Part shown: piece by piece, positions 35,784-45,501 of the stretch
Layout of the letters: each line of letters begins with the position of its first letter
Numbering within the stretch: the stretch's first letter is position 1
Origin: an uncultured Christensenella sp.
GTDB taxonomy: Bacteria > Bacillota > Clostridia > Christensenellales > UBA3700
Length of the DNA: 64,000 nucleotides
NCBI GenBank assembly: GCA_910584975.1
Contig: CAJUEA010000001.1
Location: 269,651 to 333,650, forward strand
Direction: 5' to 3'
Made by a program: the position numbers and the translations under genes
Notes under the pieces: generated by a model
Database searches by the model: none
The model's input: the letters and a program-made list of their open reading frames with translations, nothing else
Told to the model about the DNA's origin: nothing

Positions 35784-37047
35784 AGTGATTATCATCATAA
35801 TGCTTGCAATAGTTGAATTTGCCGTTGCATTTGAGGTGTATTACAAATCAAACGATAAACGCAAAGTAAACTGGTGGGTTGCAAGTATGCTGGGCGTGGG
35901 ATATGTGGCTTTTGCAGCAATAAGCTCTATATTTATTCAAATATATTTTGTGGATATTGTTGTAAGCGCAATGTTGTTGCTTGCGTTGTCCTTTGCTTTT
36001 GATATTGGCAAAAACAAACGAAATGTAATTATTGTTGTATCATCTATCATTTGCATGGCTATTTTTGTAATTGCTGGTGTAGTAGTGGCAATTGCACTAA
36101 GTTTTCCATTGCAAAACAACAAAAATAATGAGAATATGGTTGCAGTTGTAACTTTTGTTTCCAAGCTGTTGTTGCTGTTTTTTATGCAACTTCTTGCAAT
36201 CAAACTTAGAGATAAACAAATCAAAACAAAAATATGGTATTCATTGACATCTTTAGCGTTACCACTTGCAACTTTTATTGTGCTGACAATTCAATCCTAT
36301 TTGTTGGATCAATCACAAAATAACACTTCAAAAACTTTGATATTGATTTCGGCTGGAATTTTGACTTTATCTTGCTTGTTAGCATTATTTTTGATTGAGG
36401 CGTTTGGAAATCGTGAAAAGCAGTTGCAACTTGAAACTTTCAGAATGCAGGAGTTGCAAAAAGAAAAATCATATTATCAAAAGACAATTGAAATGTCAAT
36501 GCAGTCAAACAAAGCAATGCATGACTTAAAGCATATTTTGTTTAAGCTTTATGAGCAAGGCGAGAACACTGCCGAAGTCAAAGATTTGATTGAGCAAATG
36601 TACGGCATTGCAACAAAAGCAAATTTTGTGAAGTATACTGCATTAAATGGGCTTAATGTGTTGCTAAACATTAAATTTAATGAGATAAAGGACAAAAATA
36701 TTGAGTTTGAACATCACATTTTTGTAAGCGAGCAAATAAAAATTGACGAAATAGATCTGTGTGTGTTGTTTGGTAATCTTTTTGACAATGCGATTGAGGC
36801 AGTTTGTCAGTGTAAAAAGAAATTTATAAAAATAAATGTTACTGAACGAAAAGAATATTTTATTATCAATATGACAAATAGTACGATCAATAACAACATA
36901 GCGTTTGGTGTAACCTCAAAAGCAAACAAATTGCAACACGGCTTTGGCTTGCAATCAGTTTGTGATATTGCTGACAAATACGATGGCGATGTCGACTATA
37001 ATTTGAAAAGTGGAGTGTTTGAAATCGCAGTTATGTTGAAGAATTAA
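35773..37047 (+). CDS. AgrC-like GHKL sensor histidine kinase (6-7 TM sensor domain)
   Basis: The start could be 35761 or 35773; both overlap the upstream stop, and I prefer 35773 because of GGGGTG. The H-box is HDLKHIL, the N-box is FGNLFDNAIEA and the G-box is GFGLQSV. The N-terminal half is polytopic. Confidence 0.85.
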   Translation: MESKVIIIIMLAIVEFAVAFEVYYKSNDKRKVNWWVASMLGVGYVAFAAISSIFIQIYFVDIVVSAMLLLALSFAFDIGKNKRNVIIVVSSIICMAIFVIAGVVVAIALSFPLQNNKNNENMVAVVTFVSKLLLLFFMQLLAIKLRDKQIKTKIWYSLTSLALPLATFIVLTIQSYLLDQSQNNTSKTLILISAGILTLSCLLALFLIEAFGNREKQLQLETFRMQELQKEKSYYQKTIEMSMQSNKAMHDLKHILFKLYEQGENTAEVKDLIEQMYGIATKANFVKYTALNGLNVLLNIKFNEIKDKNIEFEHHIFVSEQIKIDEIDLCVLFGNLFDNAIEAVCQCKKKFIKINVTERKEYFIINMTNSTINNNIAFGVTSKANKLQHGFGLQSVCDIADKYDGDVDYNLKSGVFEIAVMLKN

Positions 37048-37092
37048 TCGGAATATAGTCTAAAGGTACAATTTGTCGATTTTTGCATTTTA

Positions 37093-37121
37093 TTGACAAT
37101 TCTGCAAAAATTTGATATAAT
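37093..37121 (+). promoter_or_regulatory. consensus sigma-A promoter with extended -10
   Basis: TTGACA (37093-98), a 17-nt spacer, then TGa-TATAAT (37113-21). Confidence 0.6.
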
Positions 37122-37158
37122 AAAATAAATAGTTTAATTTGTTTTCAGAGAGGGTTGT

Positions 37159-39069
37159 GTGAAAGAAATATTAGAACCTTTAAAAGAATATTCAAAATAT
37201 CAAGAACGATTTGATGAACTGGTTGACGCAACTTATGAACATCTTGTCAAAACAAGTCATATAGATGTGAAACAAAATCAGGAAACTGTAAAAAAATTTA
37301 ATGATGCAGACGGCTTATTTCGTGCAGAAAGAAAAAAACTAAATGTGCAAAAAAATCTAAAAAGTTTTTTGATTTTCTTAAGTGTTGCTGCGGGCATAGC
37401 TATAATTATTGGTGCCCTTATGCTTTATGGTGCAATAAAAGTTGGCACATCTGTATTTGCAGGCGTTTTGACACTTAGCATTGGGGCTGTTGTAATGGTC
37501 GCTGCGATATTGATAATCACTCTTGTTATAAACAAAAAAATCAAATTGCTAAAGGAATCAGCCAAACAGCTAAAAGAAAATGCAGATAGCATTTTGCAAG
37601 AGGCTTGGAAACAAATGGAACCATTAAATAGTTTGTTCAGCAGCGATATTACACATGATTTGGTAAACAGCCTTGATACAATCATACATATTGATAATTA
37701 TTATTCAGTTTTGCACGAAGTGTATTTGAACAAATATTTCAAGTTTCCATATTTTTCTGAGGATGACAGCACTACTACAAATATGATAGTTGGTACGATT
37801 GCAAAAAATCCGTTTGTCATTGCAAGAGAAGTTGAAATGGAAATGGGCACAAAAGTCTATGAGGGCAGTTTGGTGGTTACTTGGACAGAAACTCGAAGAG
37901 ATTCTAAAGGCAATGTTCAAACTGTCACCCACAGCCAAACTTTGGTTGCAACAGTTTCAAGACCTTGTCCTTATTACAATGATGAAACATTTCTTGTTTA
38001 TGCCAATGAGGCTGCTCCAAATTTGAATTTTTCAAGAAGTCCTCAGGCAAAAAACAAAGACGACAAGCAAATTGAGCGTATGGTTAAGCGTGGAGAAAGA
38101 AAACTTTCTAAGCTTGTGCAGGATGATATGAAACATGGAGATGGCTCCTTTGTGGCAATGTCCGATACAGAGTTTGACATATTGTTTGGTGCGTTCGACA
38201 GAGATAACGAAACACAATTCAGGCTTTTGTTTACTCCACTGGCACAACGAAACACAATTGATTTAATCAAGGATTCTCCATACGATGACGATTTTTATTT
38301 TATCAAAAAAGGCAAAATAAACACCGTGCTTGCTCATCACGCAGATAATTGGCAAATGCTTGCAGGCAGAGATTTTGCATCATACAGCGTGGATATTTCA
38401 AGAGAGTTGTTTGCAAATTACAACAAAGACTTTTTTAAGCATTTATATTTTATGTTGGCGCCGCTTTTAAACATTCCGTTGTATCAACAACTTTTGCCAA
38501 ACGATATGTCTTTCGATTTGAGTTCCGAAACAAATATTGCAGCCCGTGAGGCGGAATTGATGGCAAACATTTTGCCTGCAGAGTTTTTGGCAAATGCCGA
38601 TAGTGCAACAAGAGCAATTTACAAAATCAAGTATAAGCCAAGCATTGGGGCTGTGGACAATATAATGATTTTTGCCAGTTCGTTTGGTATAACCCCAAGG
38701 GTGGAGTATGTCCCTCGCATTGCAGGCAATGGCAGAATGTATAGTGTTCCTGTGTATTGGGATGAATATTTTCCGTTGGAGTGCACCACTGAGGCTTTGT
38801 TGTTTGATGCAAATGGTTTGAACAATGAAAAATATTCTGAACTTGTAAGATTATTGCAAGAAAATGATGTGGCAAATGGTGGCAAATCTGCTATTGCAGA
38901 ATGTTCTGGAATTATGATTGTCCTTCCAAAAGAAGGCGTTGCAAATGAACTTGCAAACAAAATAAACACTATTTTGAAAACAAAAGACTTGAAAGCGCAA
39001 AAAGAAAAAAGAATTTTGTTTATGGCAGCGATTCACGAATTAATAAAAAATCAACATTTATTTGATTAA
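37159..39069 (+). CDS. membrane protein, unknown family (N-terminal coiled coil, TM hairpin, about 470-aa C-terminal domain)
   Basis: A GTG start behind AGAGAGGG. The TM helices are FLIFLSVAAGIAIIIGALMLYGAI and VFAGVLTLSIGAVVMVAAILIITLVI. I recognised no family motifs. Confidence 0.75.
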   Translation: MKEILEPLKEYSKYQERFDELVDATYEHLVKTSHIDVKQNQETVKKFNDADGLFRAERKKLNVQKNLKSFLIFLSVAAGIAIIIGALMLYGAIKVGTSVFAGVLTLSIGAVVMVAAILIITLVINKKIKLLKESAKQLKENADSILQEAWKQMEPLNSLFSSDITHDLVNSLDTIIHIDNYYSVLHEVYLNKYFKFPYFSEDDSTTTNMIVGTIAKNPFVIAREVEMEMGTKVYEGSLVVTWTETRRDSKGNVQTVTHSQTLVATVSRPCPYYNDETFLVYANEAAPNLNFSRSPQAKNKDDKQIERMVKRGERKLSKLVQDDMKHGDGSFVAMSDTEFDILFGAFDRDNETQFRLLFTPLAQRNTIDLIKDSPYDDDFYFIKKGKINTVLAHHADNWQMLAGRDFASYSVDISRELFANYNKDFFKHLYFMLAPLLNIPLYQQLLPNDMSFDLSSETNIAAREAELMANILPAEFLANADSATRAIYKIKYKPSIGAVDNIMIFASSFGITPRVEYVPRIAGNGRMYSVPVYWDEYFPLECTTEALLFDANGLNNEKYSELVRLLQENDVANGGKSAIAECSGIMIVLPKEGVANELANKINTILKTKDLKAQKEKRILFMAAIHELIKNQHLFD

Positions 39070-39354
39070 TTGTTGAATTAAAGATTTGAAAATGCTAGTT
39101 TAGTATTATTTAAAATTGTAATTATATATATTATTTAATAAAAATAACACTTTTTATTTGATATATTAAAGGCATTTTTATATTAATAAAGTATGCAATA
39201 TAATTTGACTCTTAATGATTATATGGGAAAGCATTTTACAAAATCTAAATGAAATTTTGTTATTAATTAGGTATCACACAAGATATCTGTAATAAAAATA
39301 TCAGCAAAAGCTGAATAATTTAAAAAAGTATTTTTTACTTGGGAGGTAAAATTT

Positions 39355-40026
39355 ATGGCAAATGAATTGGACGAATTGAATGATGAGACTATGGAAGAGG
39401 GCAGAGATGTAAAAGTAATTGCAAAGCAAATCTCCCCAAAAGTTGGTGTTGGCTCAAAGATTTTTGAAATTATGCTTTGGGTATTGGGCATTATTCCGGG
39501 TATTGTATTTTTGATTATGAAAAAAAATGCAGACAACGAATTAAAGCGTATTGAACAACAAATTAACAAAGCTGCATCAACAATCGATAACTTTCTTGAG
39601 CAAAGGGTTGTTGTTTTGCAAAACTGCGCACAACTTGTAAACAAAGCCGTTGACTTAGACAAGGAGACATTCGCTCAACTTGCATCTTTGCGTTCAGGCA
39701 TTCATCCTCAATCAGGCGAGGAAAGAAATGAATATTCTCAACAAATCGATGGTGCATCTTCAAGTTTGCGTTTTGTTATGGAAAACTATCCAGAGCTTAG
39801 ATCTCACGATAGCATTAGAGCTGCAATGGAGCAAAATAGCTATTTGCAAAAAGAAGTTACTGCTGCAAGAGAAGTTTACAATGATTGCATCAACAGATGG
39901 AATTTGGAAATCTTCAAATGGCCAACAAAGCAAATTGTTGCTGCAAAAAATGATTACAAAACAAGAATTCCATTTATCGCATCAAAAGAAATTAAAGAAC
40001 AAGCTAAAGGCACATTCTTTGCTTGA
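39355..40026 (+). CDS. lemA: LemA family protein with acidic N-terminal extension
   Basis: SD GGGAGG. A TM helix (IFEIMLWVLGIIPGIVFLIM) is followed by a LemA-like core: ENYPELRS, AREVYNDCINRWN and KWPTK. Confidence 0.75.
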   Translation: MANELDELNDETMEEGRDVKVIAKQISPKVGVGSKIFEIMLWVLGIIPGIVFLIMKKNADNELKRIEQQINKAASTIDNFLEQRVVVLQNCAQLVNKAVDLDKETFAQLASLRSGIHPQSGEERNEYSQQIDGASSSLRFVMENYPELRSHDSIRAAMEQNSYLQKEVTAAREVYNDCINRWNLEIFKWPTKQIVAAKNDYKTRIPFIASKEIKEQAKGTFFA

Positions 40027-40204
40027 TTTATCAATCGCTAAAAGTATGAAAAATGCAAGTCTTTTCATAGGGGCTTGCTTTTTTTTGTTTAACAAATATT
40101 GATTTTTGCCATTTTGTATGTTAAAATAATATAAAAACAATGTGTAAAAAATTTATTAGTGCTTATTGTAAAACAAAAAAGTGATAAAGTTTTTGGAGGC
40201 AGTT

Positions 40205-40567
40205 ATGAAAGTTTATGAGTCTGAAGAAATGTATTTGGAAACTATTTTAAGCTTAAAAAACAAAAAAAGCTTGGTAAGGTCAGTTGATATCGTTGAAGAA
40301 CTCGGATATGCAAAATCAAGTGTATCAAGAGCTGTCAATTTACTTGCAAAAAAAAATTATATTCAAATAAAATCAACTGGGGAAATTGTGCTTACTGCTG
40401 AAGGAAAAGCAAAGGCAGAAAGTATTTTTGAAAGACATCAAGTATTAAAAAAAGCATTAATCAAAATGGGGGCAGAGGAGAATAGTGCAGAGGAAAATGC
40501 TTGTCGTATCGAGCATGTCATTTCCGACGACATCTTTGAAATAATAAAACAATTTGTCTCAATATGA
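40205..40567 (+). CDS. DtxR/MntR-family metal-dependent transcriptional regulator
   Basis: ORF 40181 (GTG). I place the start at the ATG at 40205, after GGAGG. SEEMYLETIL, VSRAVNLLAKKNYI, ERHQVLKKAL and EHVISDD are the typical MntR layout. Confidence 0.8.
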   Translation: MKVYESEEMYLETILSLKNKKSLVRSVDIVEELGYAKSSVSRAVNLLAKKNYIQIKSTGEIVLTAEGKAKAESIFERHQVLKKALIKMGAEENSAEENACRIEHVISDDIFEIIKQFVSI

Positions 40568-40584
40568 CACGACCAATTTATCCA

Positions 40585-41006
40585 GTCATTCTGAAAAAAA
40601 CGAAGTAAAGAATTCCTGACTTGGTTTATTGGATATGTCATTTCGAGCTTGTCGAGAAATCTCTGGCTATGCTTGTTGAGTAAAGGATAAAATAAATCAT
40701 TTTTAATTGTCAGTACGCAATATTTGAGATTCTTTGACTGCACTTCGTTTCGCTCAGAATGACAGAAAAAGAATTACACTTACTAAATTATGCTTGTGCT
40801 TGTGTCATCCCGAGTGTAATCGAGGGATCTCAAGTTGTGCTTGTGGGTAGTTAAATAATAATTTATTTGCTCAATACACAGAGTTTGAGATTCTTCCTTA
40901 TACCCCCCACCCAAAAAAAGCTATTTTGTGGGGACCCCGTGATAAGCTATCGCTCCACTCAGAATGACAGAAACAATGTCATCCAGAGCCTAGTCGAGGA
41001 ATCTCC
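40585..41006. repeat. cluster 2 of the same REP/MITE-like repeat family
   Basis: Copies lie at 40585-40616 (+, degenerate), 40636-40663 (+, identical over 28 nt to 20989-21016), 40726-40764 (-), 40803-40831 (+), 40887-40969 (-, with an internal CCCCACCCAAAA..TTTTGTGGGG hairpin) and 40977-41006 (+). Confidence 0.85.
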
Positions 41007-41117
41007 AACTTGGTTGTTGAGTAAAATTGAATTAATCATTTTGGTTTTTACGATAGTAAAGTCAAATATTTAATTTAAATGCTATAAGCAATAGTTTAAT
41101 TTTTAATTGCTAACATT

Positions 41118-42017
41118 TCATTCATTGCTAGTTTTTTCGTTTTGCAAATTATCTTGCAATCGTTTTAGGAATATTTCTGCGCACTTTGGAAAAACTTGAT
41201 ATTTTTTCCAAGCGATATCAAGATGTGATGTAAGTTTGGGATAAAGTGGGCGAAAACATAAATTTGAATTGCCTGTTGTGTTGATAATTTTGTCAAGGCT
41301 AACTGCATATCCAACTCCTTCTTCTACAAGAAGTGACATGTTGTACAATAAATTGCCAGTGGCAACAATGTTTAATTCGTCGTCACTTTTTTGAAACCAT
41401 TCACTTATTTTGTTTTTGCCAATAGATTGACGGGAGCGTATAATCGGCTTGTCCCACAAGTCTTGTGGGGTAATGTATTCTTTTGCTGCAAGTGGACTAT
41501 CTTTACGCATAATTACTCCCCAAGTATCAGAGAGTGGTAATCGTAAATGGTCGTATTTTGATAAATCAAAAGGTTGAATGAATATGCCGAAATCTATAAG
41601 TCCATTATCTAGTCTTTCGGAAATAGTCCCACTATCGCCACTGAATAAGTGAAATTTAACTTTTGGATATTCACGGTTTACATCATAGGCAGCTTTGGCA
41701 ATGACTTTAAGTGCATAACTTTCACCACCACCAATATAAATATCTCCACTTATATCAGTGATTGGATTTGATAATTCAGTTTGCGTAATCTTGTATAGTT
41801 CAATAATTTCTTCTGCGCGTTTTTTAAGTAACTGACCAGCGTCGGTAAGAGTAATTTTTCTTGTGCCACGGATAAAAAGTTGTTGTCCGATTTCAGTTTC
41901 AAGATTTTGCATTTGCCTTGACAAGTTAGGTTGAGTGACAAACAATGCTTTTGCTGCTTTTGATATGCTTTGTTCTTTTGCTACTGCCAAAAAATATTTT
42001 AATTCCCGGATTTCCAT
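41118..42017 (-). CDS. LysR-family transcriptional regulator
   Basis: ORF extends to 42041. I place the start at the ATG at 42017, after AAGAGG. The N-terminal wHTH is MEIRELKYFLAVAKEQSISKAAKALFVTQPNLSRQMQNLE. Confidence 0.9.
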   Translation of the reverse strand: MEIRELKYFLAVAKEQSISKAAKALFVTQPNLSRQMQNLETEIGQQLFIRGTRKITLTDAGQLLKKRAEEIIELYKITQTELSNPITDISGDIYIGGGESYALKVIAKAAYDVNREYPKVKFHLFSGDSGTISERLDNGLIDFGIFIQPFDLSKYDHLRLPLSDTWGVIMRKDSPLAAKEYITPQDLWDKPIIRSRQSIGKNKISEWFQKSDDELNIVATGNLLYNMSLLVEEGVGYAVSLDKIINTTGNSNLCFRPLYPKLTSHLDIAWKKYQVFPKCAEIFLKRLQDNLQNEKTSNE

Positions 42018-42145
42018 AGTTAACCTCTTTTGATAATGCAATTATACCATATAAACATATGCCTGTCAATTATAGGTGTTGCATAAAATATAAGTATTTG
42101 ACATAACTGATTTTATGTTTTAAAATATAAATGTTAGAGGTGGTT

Positions 42146-42718
42146 ATGAATTCTGAGCAATTTAAAGAAGGATTAAAACAGACTGCTTGTATAAAAGCAA
42201 ATTCGGAAATGCATACGCATATGCACTTAATGTCTCAAAGGGCGTTGAAAATAACTAATGAAATCAATCGAGTTTATCACACTACGGATGAGATTTGTAA
42301 GTTGTTTTCTGAATTGACAGGACAGAAAGTGGATGATAGTTTTCGTCTTTTTTCACCATTTTCAACTGACTATGGCTTGAACATTAAGCTTGGAAAAAAT
42401 GTTTTTATCAATTCAGGCTGTTGTTTTCAAGACCAAGGTGGAATTGAAATAGGCGATGATGTGCTTATTGGACAACAAGTTGTTATAGCAACTTTAAATC
42501 ATGACTTTAACCCTCAAAATCGAGCTAGCATGTATCATTCGCCTGTAAAAGTTGGAAACCGTGTTTGGATTGGTGCACATGTAACAATATGTCATGGTGT
42601 GAGCATTGGAGATAATTCAATTATCGCAGCAGGGGCTGTTGTGACAAAGAATGTGCCTGAGGGATGTGTTGTTGCTGGTGTCCCTGCGAAAATTATAAAA
42701 TATATAAAAGATAAATAA
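42146..42718 (+). CDS. sugar O-acetyltransferase (Maa/LacA-like, hexapeptide repeat)
   Basis: The ATG at 42146 follows AGAGGTGG. The left-handed beta-helix repeats include IGDDVLIGQQVVI, VWIGAHVTICHGVSIGDNSIIAAGAVV and VVAGVPAK. Confidence 0.85.
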   Translation: MNSEQFKEGLKQTACIKANSEMHTHMHLMSQRALKITNEINRVYHTTDEICKLFSELTGQKVDDSFRLFSPFSTDYGLNIKLGKNVFINSGCCFQDQGGIEIGDDVLIGQQVVIATLNHDFNPQNRASMYHSPVKVGNRVWIGAHVTICHGVSIGDNSIIAAGAVVTKNVPEGCVVAGVPAKIIKYIKDK

Positions 42719-43071
42719 GTTTAAGCAACAATCATTTAAAATTTTAAACAAATAGTTTTTGAGTAAATAATAATGGTTATTTCAGCTTATATAAAACTTG
42801 TTGTTCAGATTTAAAAAAATTAAAATACCATTCAAAAATCGATAGTAAAATGATAAAATACAAATAATAAATGAAAATATGACATTAATTTATAGCTTTA
42901 AAGATAATTTTCAATTATTAATTTTTTGTGGGATTGAATTTGTCAAATAATTATGATACAATGTTATTGTTGCAATTTATTCAATGAGTGATTTTATTAA
43001 AGTTTAAGATTAAGTGATAAGCAAAATAATAGATTGTAAAAATAAAGTGTATAAGCTTTTAGGGAGGAGAT

Positions 43072-44208
43072 ATGATTTATAAGCAGTTTAAAGATAAAAA
43101 ATTGTCTGCGCTTGCTTTTGGATGTATGCGTTTGCCAATTAAAAATGGCGTTTATGCAGATATTGATGAGCAAATGGCAGCTGAAATGATTGACTATGCA
43201 ATGAAAAATGGTGTCAATTATTACGACACAGCGTGGGGATACCACGACGGAAATTCAGAAATTGCAATGGGCAAAATTCTTTCAAAATATCCGAGAGAAA
43301 GTTTTTATCTTGCAAGCAAGTTCCCTGGTTATGATTTGTCAAATATGGATAAGGTCGAGGAGATTTTTGAAAGACAACTTGAAAAATGTCAAGTGAAATA
43401 TTTTGATTTTTACTTGATACATAATGTTTGCGAGATGAATATTGATCACTATTTGGATGAAAAGTATGGAATTTTTGATTATCTTTTAAAGCAAAAGCAA
43501 AATGGCAGGATTAAACATTTAGGTTTTTCTGCACATGGCGAAATTGGTGTTATCCAAAGATTTTTGGAAAAATATGGTCAGTATATGGAGTTTGGACAGC
43601 TGCAAATAAATTATTTGGACTGGGAATTTCAAAAGGCGAAAGAAAAAACACAGCTTTTGACAAACTGGAATATACCTGTGTGGGTTATGGAGCCTTTGCG
43701 TGGAGGAAAGCTTGCATCCCTTGCAAGTGAGGATGAGGCGAAGTTGAAGGCTTTGCGTCCTGATGAAAATATTCCAGCTTGGGCTTTCAGATTTTTGCAA
43801 AGTTTGCCAGAAGTTACAACAATTTTGTCTGGTATGTCTGATATGAAACAAGTTGAGGAAAACATAAAAACTTTTGCAGAGGACAAAATGCTTTGCGAAA
43901 AAGAAATGCAGACATTAATGAACATTGCTGAATGTATGACAGGAAAAACAAAATTGCCGTGTACGGCTTGCAGATATTGCACAAGTCATTGTCCGTTGGG
44001 GCTTGATATTCCTGAACTTATTAGGCTTTACAATGAGCATAGATTTACGGAAGGTGGTTTTATTGCACCAATGGTGCTGTCATCTTATGAAAAAGAAAAA
44101 TTGCCAAATGCTTGTATTGGTTGCAGAAGTTGTGAAAAAGTTTGTCCACAAAATATAAAAATCGCAGATATGATGTCGGATTTTTCTGTTAGACTTAAGG
44201 AGGTATAA
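43072..44208 (+). CDS. aldo/keto reductase with C-terminal 4Fe-4S domain (COG1453 type)
   Basis: LAFGCMRLP and DTAWGYH form the AKR core. The C-terminal Cys motifs are CTACRYCTSHCP and CIGCRSCEKVCP. Confidence 0.8.
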   Translation: MIYKQFKDKKLSALAFGCMRLPIKNGVYADIDEQMAAEMIDYAMKNGVNYYDTAWGYHDGNSEIAMGKILSKYPRESFYLASKFPGYDLSNMDKVEEIFERQLEKCQVKYFDFYLIHNVCEMNIDHYLDEKYGIFDYLLKQKQNGRIKHLGFSAHGEIGVIQRFLEKYGQYMEFGQLQINYLDWEFQKAKEKTQLLTNWNIPVWVMEPLRGGKLASLASEDEAKLKALRPDENIPAWAFRFLQSLPEVTTILSGMSDMKQVEENIKTFAEDKMLCEKEMQTLMNIAECMTGKTKLPCTACRYCTSHCPLGLDIPELIRLYNEHRFTEGGFIAPMVLSSYEKEKLPNACIGCRSCEKVCPQNIKIADMMSDFSVRLKEV

Positions 44209-44210
44209 AA

Positions 44211-44795
44211 ATGTTGGATGCTGTTTTAACAAGAAAAAATGTCAGTTTTAAATTTAAAATTACAATCAAAACGACGGTTTCCGTTGGGTTGATTGCACTT
44301 GCAGTTATATTACCACAAATTATTCACGCTACGCTTGGAGCAAGTGGTGGAGCTCAATGGTTGCCAATGTATTTGCCTGTGCTTATAGGTGGTTGTTTGT
44401 TGGGTTGCAAATGGGGACTTGGTGTTGGAATTATGTCACCAATAGTCAGCTTTTTGATTACTCTTGCTTTTGGAAATGCTATGCCTGCATTGAGCCGTTT
44501 GCCGTATATGGTAGCTGAACTTGCTGTTTTTGCGACAGTTTCTGGTGCTTTTTCCAAAAAAATAGCTGACAATGTGTGGATTGCTTTTCCAGCAGTGCTT
44601 TTGGCAGCGATTGCAGGCAGAAGTGCATTTTTGTTGCTTGCCGCAATCTTCCAAAGCATTTCTCCATTGACAATTGCTGTGGTTTGGGGACAAATTCAAA
44701 CAGGACTTGCAGGTGTTTTGTTGCAAGCTGTGATTGCTCCACTTGTTGTGATTGCCATTTCTTTTGTGATGAATTTTGAAAAATCAAATAATTGA
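44211..44795 (+). CDS. ECF-transporter S-component-like membrane protein
   Basis: About 6 TM helices. LPMYLPVLIGGCLLG..GLGVGIMSP is typical of ECF substrate-capture subunits. No EcfA or EcfT genes are in the window. Confidence 0.55.
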   Translation: MLDAVLTRKNVSFKFKITIKTTVSVGLIALAVILPQIIHATLGASGGAQWLPMYLPVLIGGCLLGCKWGLGVGIMSPIVSFLITLAFGNAMPALSRLPYMVAELAVFATVSGAFSKKIADNVWIAFPAVLLAAIAGRSAFLLLAAIFQSISPLTIAVVWGQIQTGLAGVLLQAVIAPLVVIAISFVMNFEKSNN

Positions 44796-44875
44796 AAGAT
44801 TTCAAGTAATTTATAAAATTGAAATAATGTTTTGATATTAAATGTTATGTGTTTTTTGGAGTTTAGGAGGATTTT

Positions 44876-45289
44876 GTGGTTGATTTAAATGTTGTAAAAC
44901 AACTTTTGCTTTCTGAAAATTTTACTTGCGTACTATCTGATGGCAAGAAAATTATAACTAGCAGGGAGCGTGGAGTAAAGCCATTGATTGATTTTATTTT
45001 GAGTGAAAAAGATTTTTGTGGCTTTGTTGCTGCAGATAAAATTATTGGCAAAGCAGCAGCTTTGCTATATGCAAATTTGAAAATATCTGCATTATATGTG
45101 CAAGTTGCCACATATGAGGCAGTGGAAATTTGCAAAAAATACAATATCAAAATTGTTTATGATATCTTAACTAACAAAATCATAAATCGCAAAGGAGATG
45201 ACATTTGCCCAATGGAAAAGTTGGTTGCAGATGTAGATATACCAGAAATTGCAAAGCAATTGATAATCCAAAAGCTGAAAACACTATAA
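44876..45289 (+). CDS. DUF1893 (TM1506-like) protein
   Basis: A GTG start after AGGAGG. GVKPLIDF, ADKIIGKAAALL, INRKGDDICPMEK. Confidence 0.7.
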   Translation: MVDLNVVKQLLLSENFTCVLSDGKKIITSRERGVKPLIDFILSEKDFCGFVAADKIIGKAAALLYANLKISALYVQVATYEAVEICKKYNIKIVYDILTNKIINRKGDDICPMEKLVADVDIPEIAKQLIIQKLKTL

Positions 45290-45411
45290 GATATTTATTG
45301 TTATGTTAAAATTATATTGTGATAAAAAAATGTGTGTTTATGAAATGGACTTTATTTGTATTTAATGGTTAGTTTGAAAAATATATAACCTCAACATAAA
45401 CAAGTAAAATG

Positions 45412-45447
45412 AAAAAGGGAATATTTGCTCTAAATATTCCCTTTTTT
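45412..45447. terminator. bidirectional intrinsic terminator
   Basis: AAAAAGGGAATATTT (45412-26) pairs with AAATATTCCCTTTTTT (45432-47). It lies between convergent genes. Confidence 0.8.
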
Positions 45448-45501
45448 ATATGTTTATTTTTATAATTTAGCAATGCATTAGTGTTTGAATGTGTTTTATC
45501 T

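Noticed and set aside
20927-41006. The two repeat clusters as borders of a 19-kb genomic island or as a CRISPR-like array
   Set aside because: The repeats occur in both orientations, with irregular spacing and variable length, so this is not a CRISPR array, and there are no cas genes. There is no integrase, transposase or tRNA at either end. The bracketed region contains core genes (nagA, galE). It is kept only as a rearrangement hypothesis in the findings.
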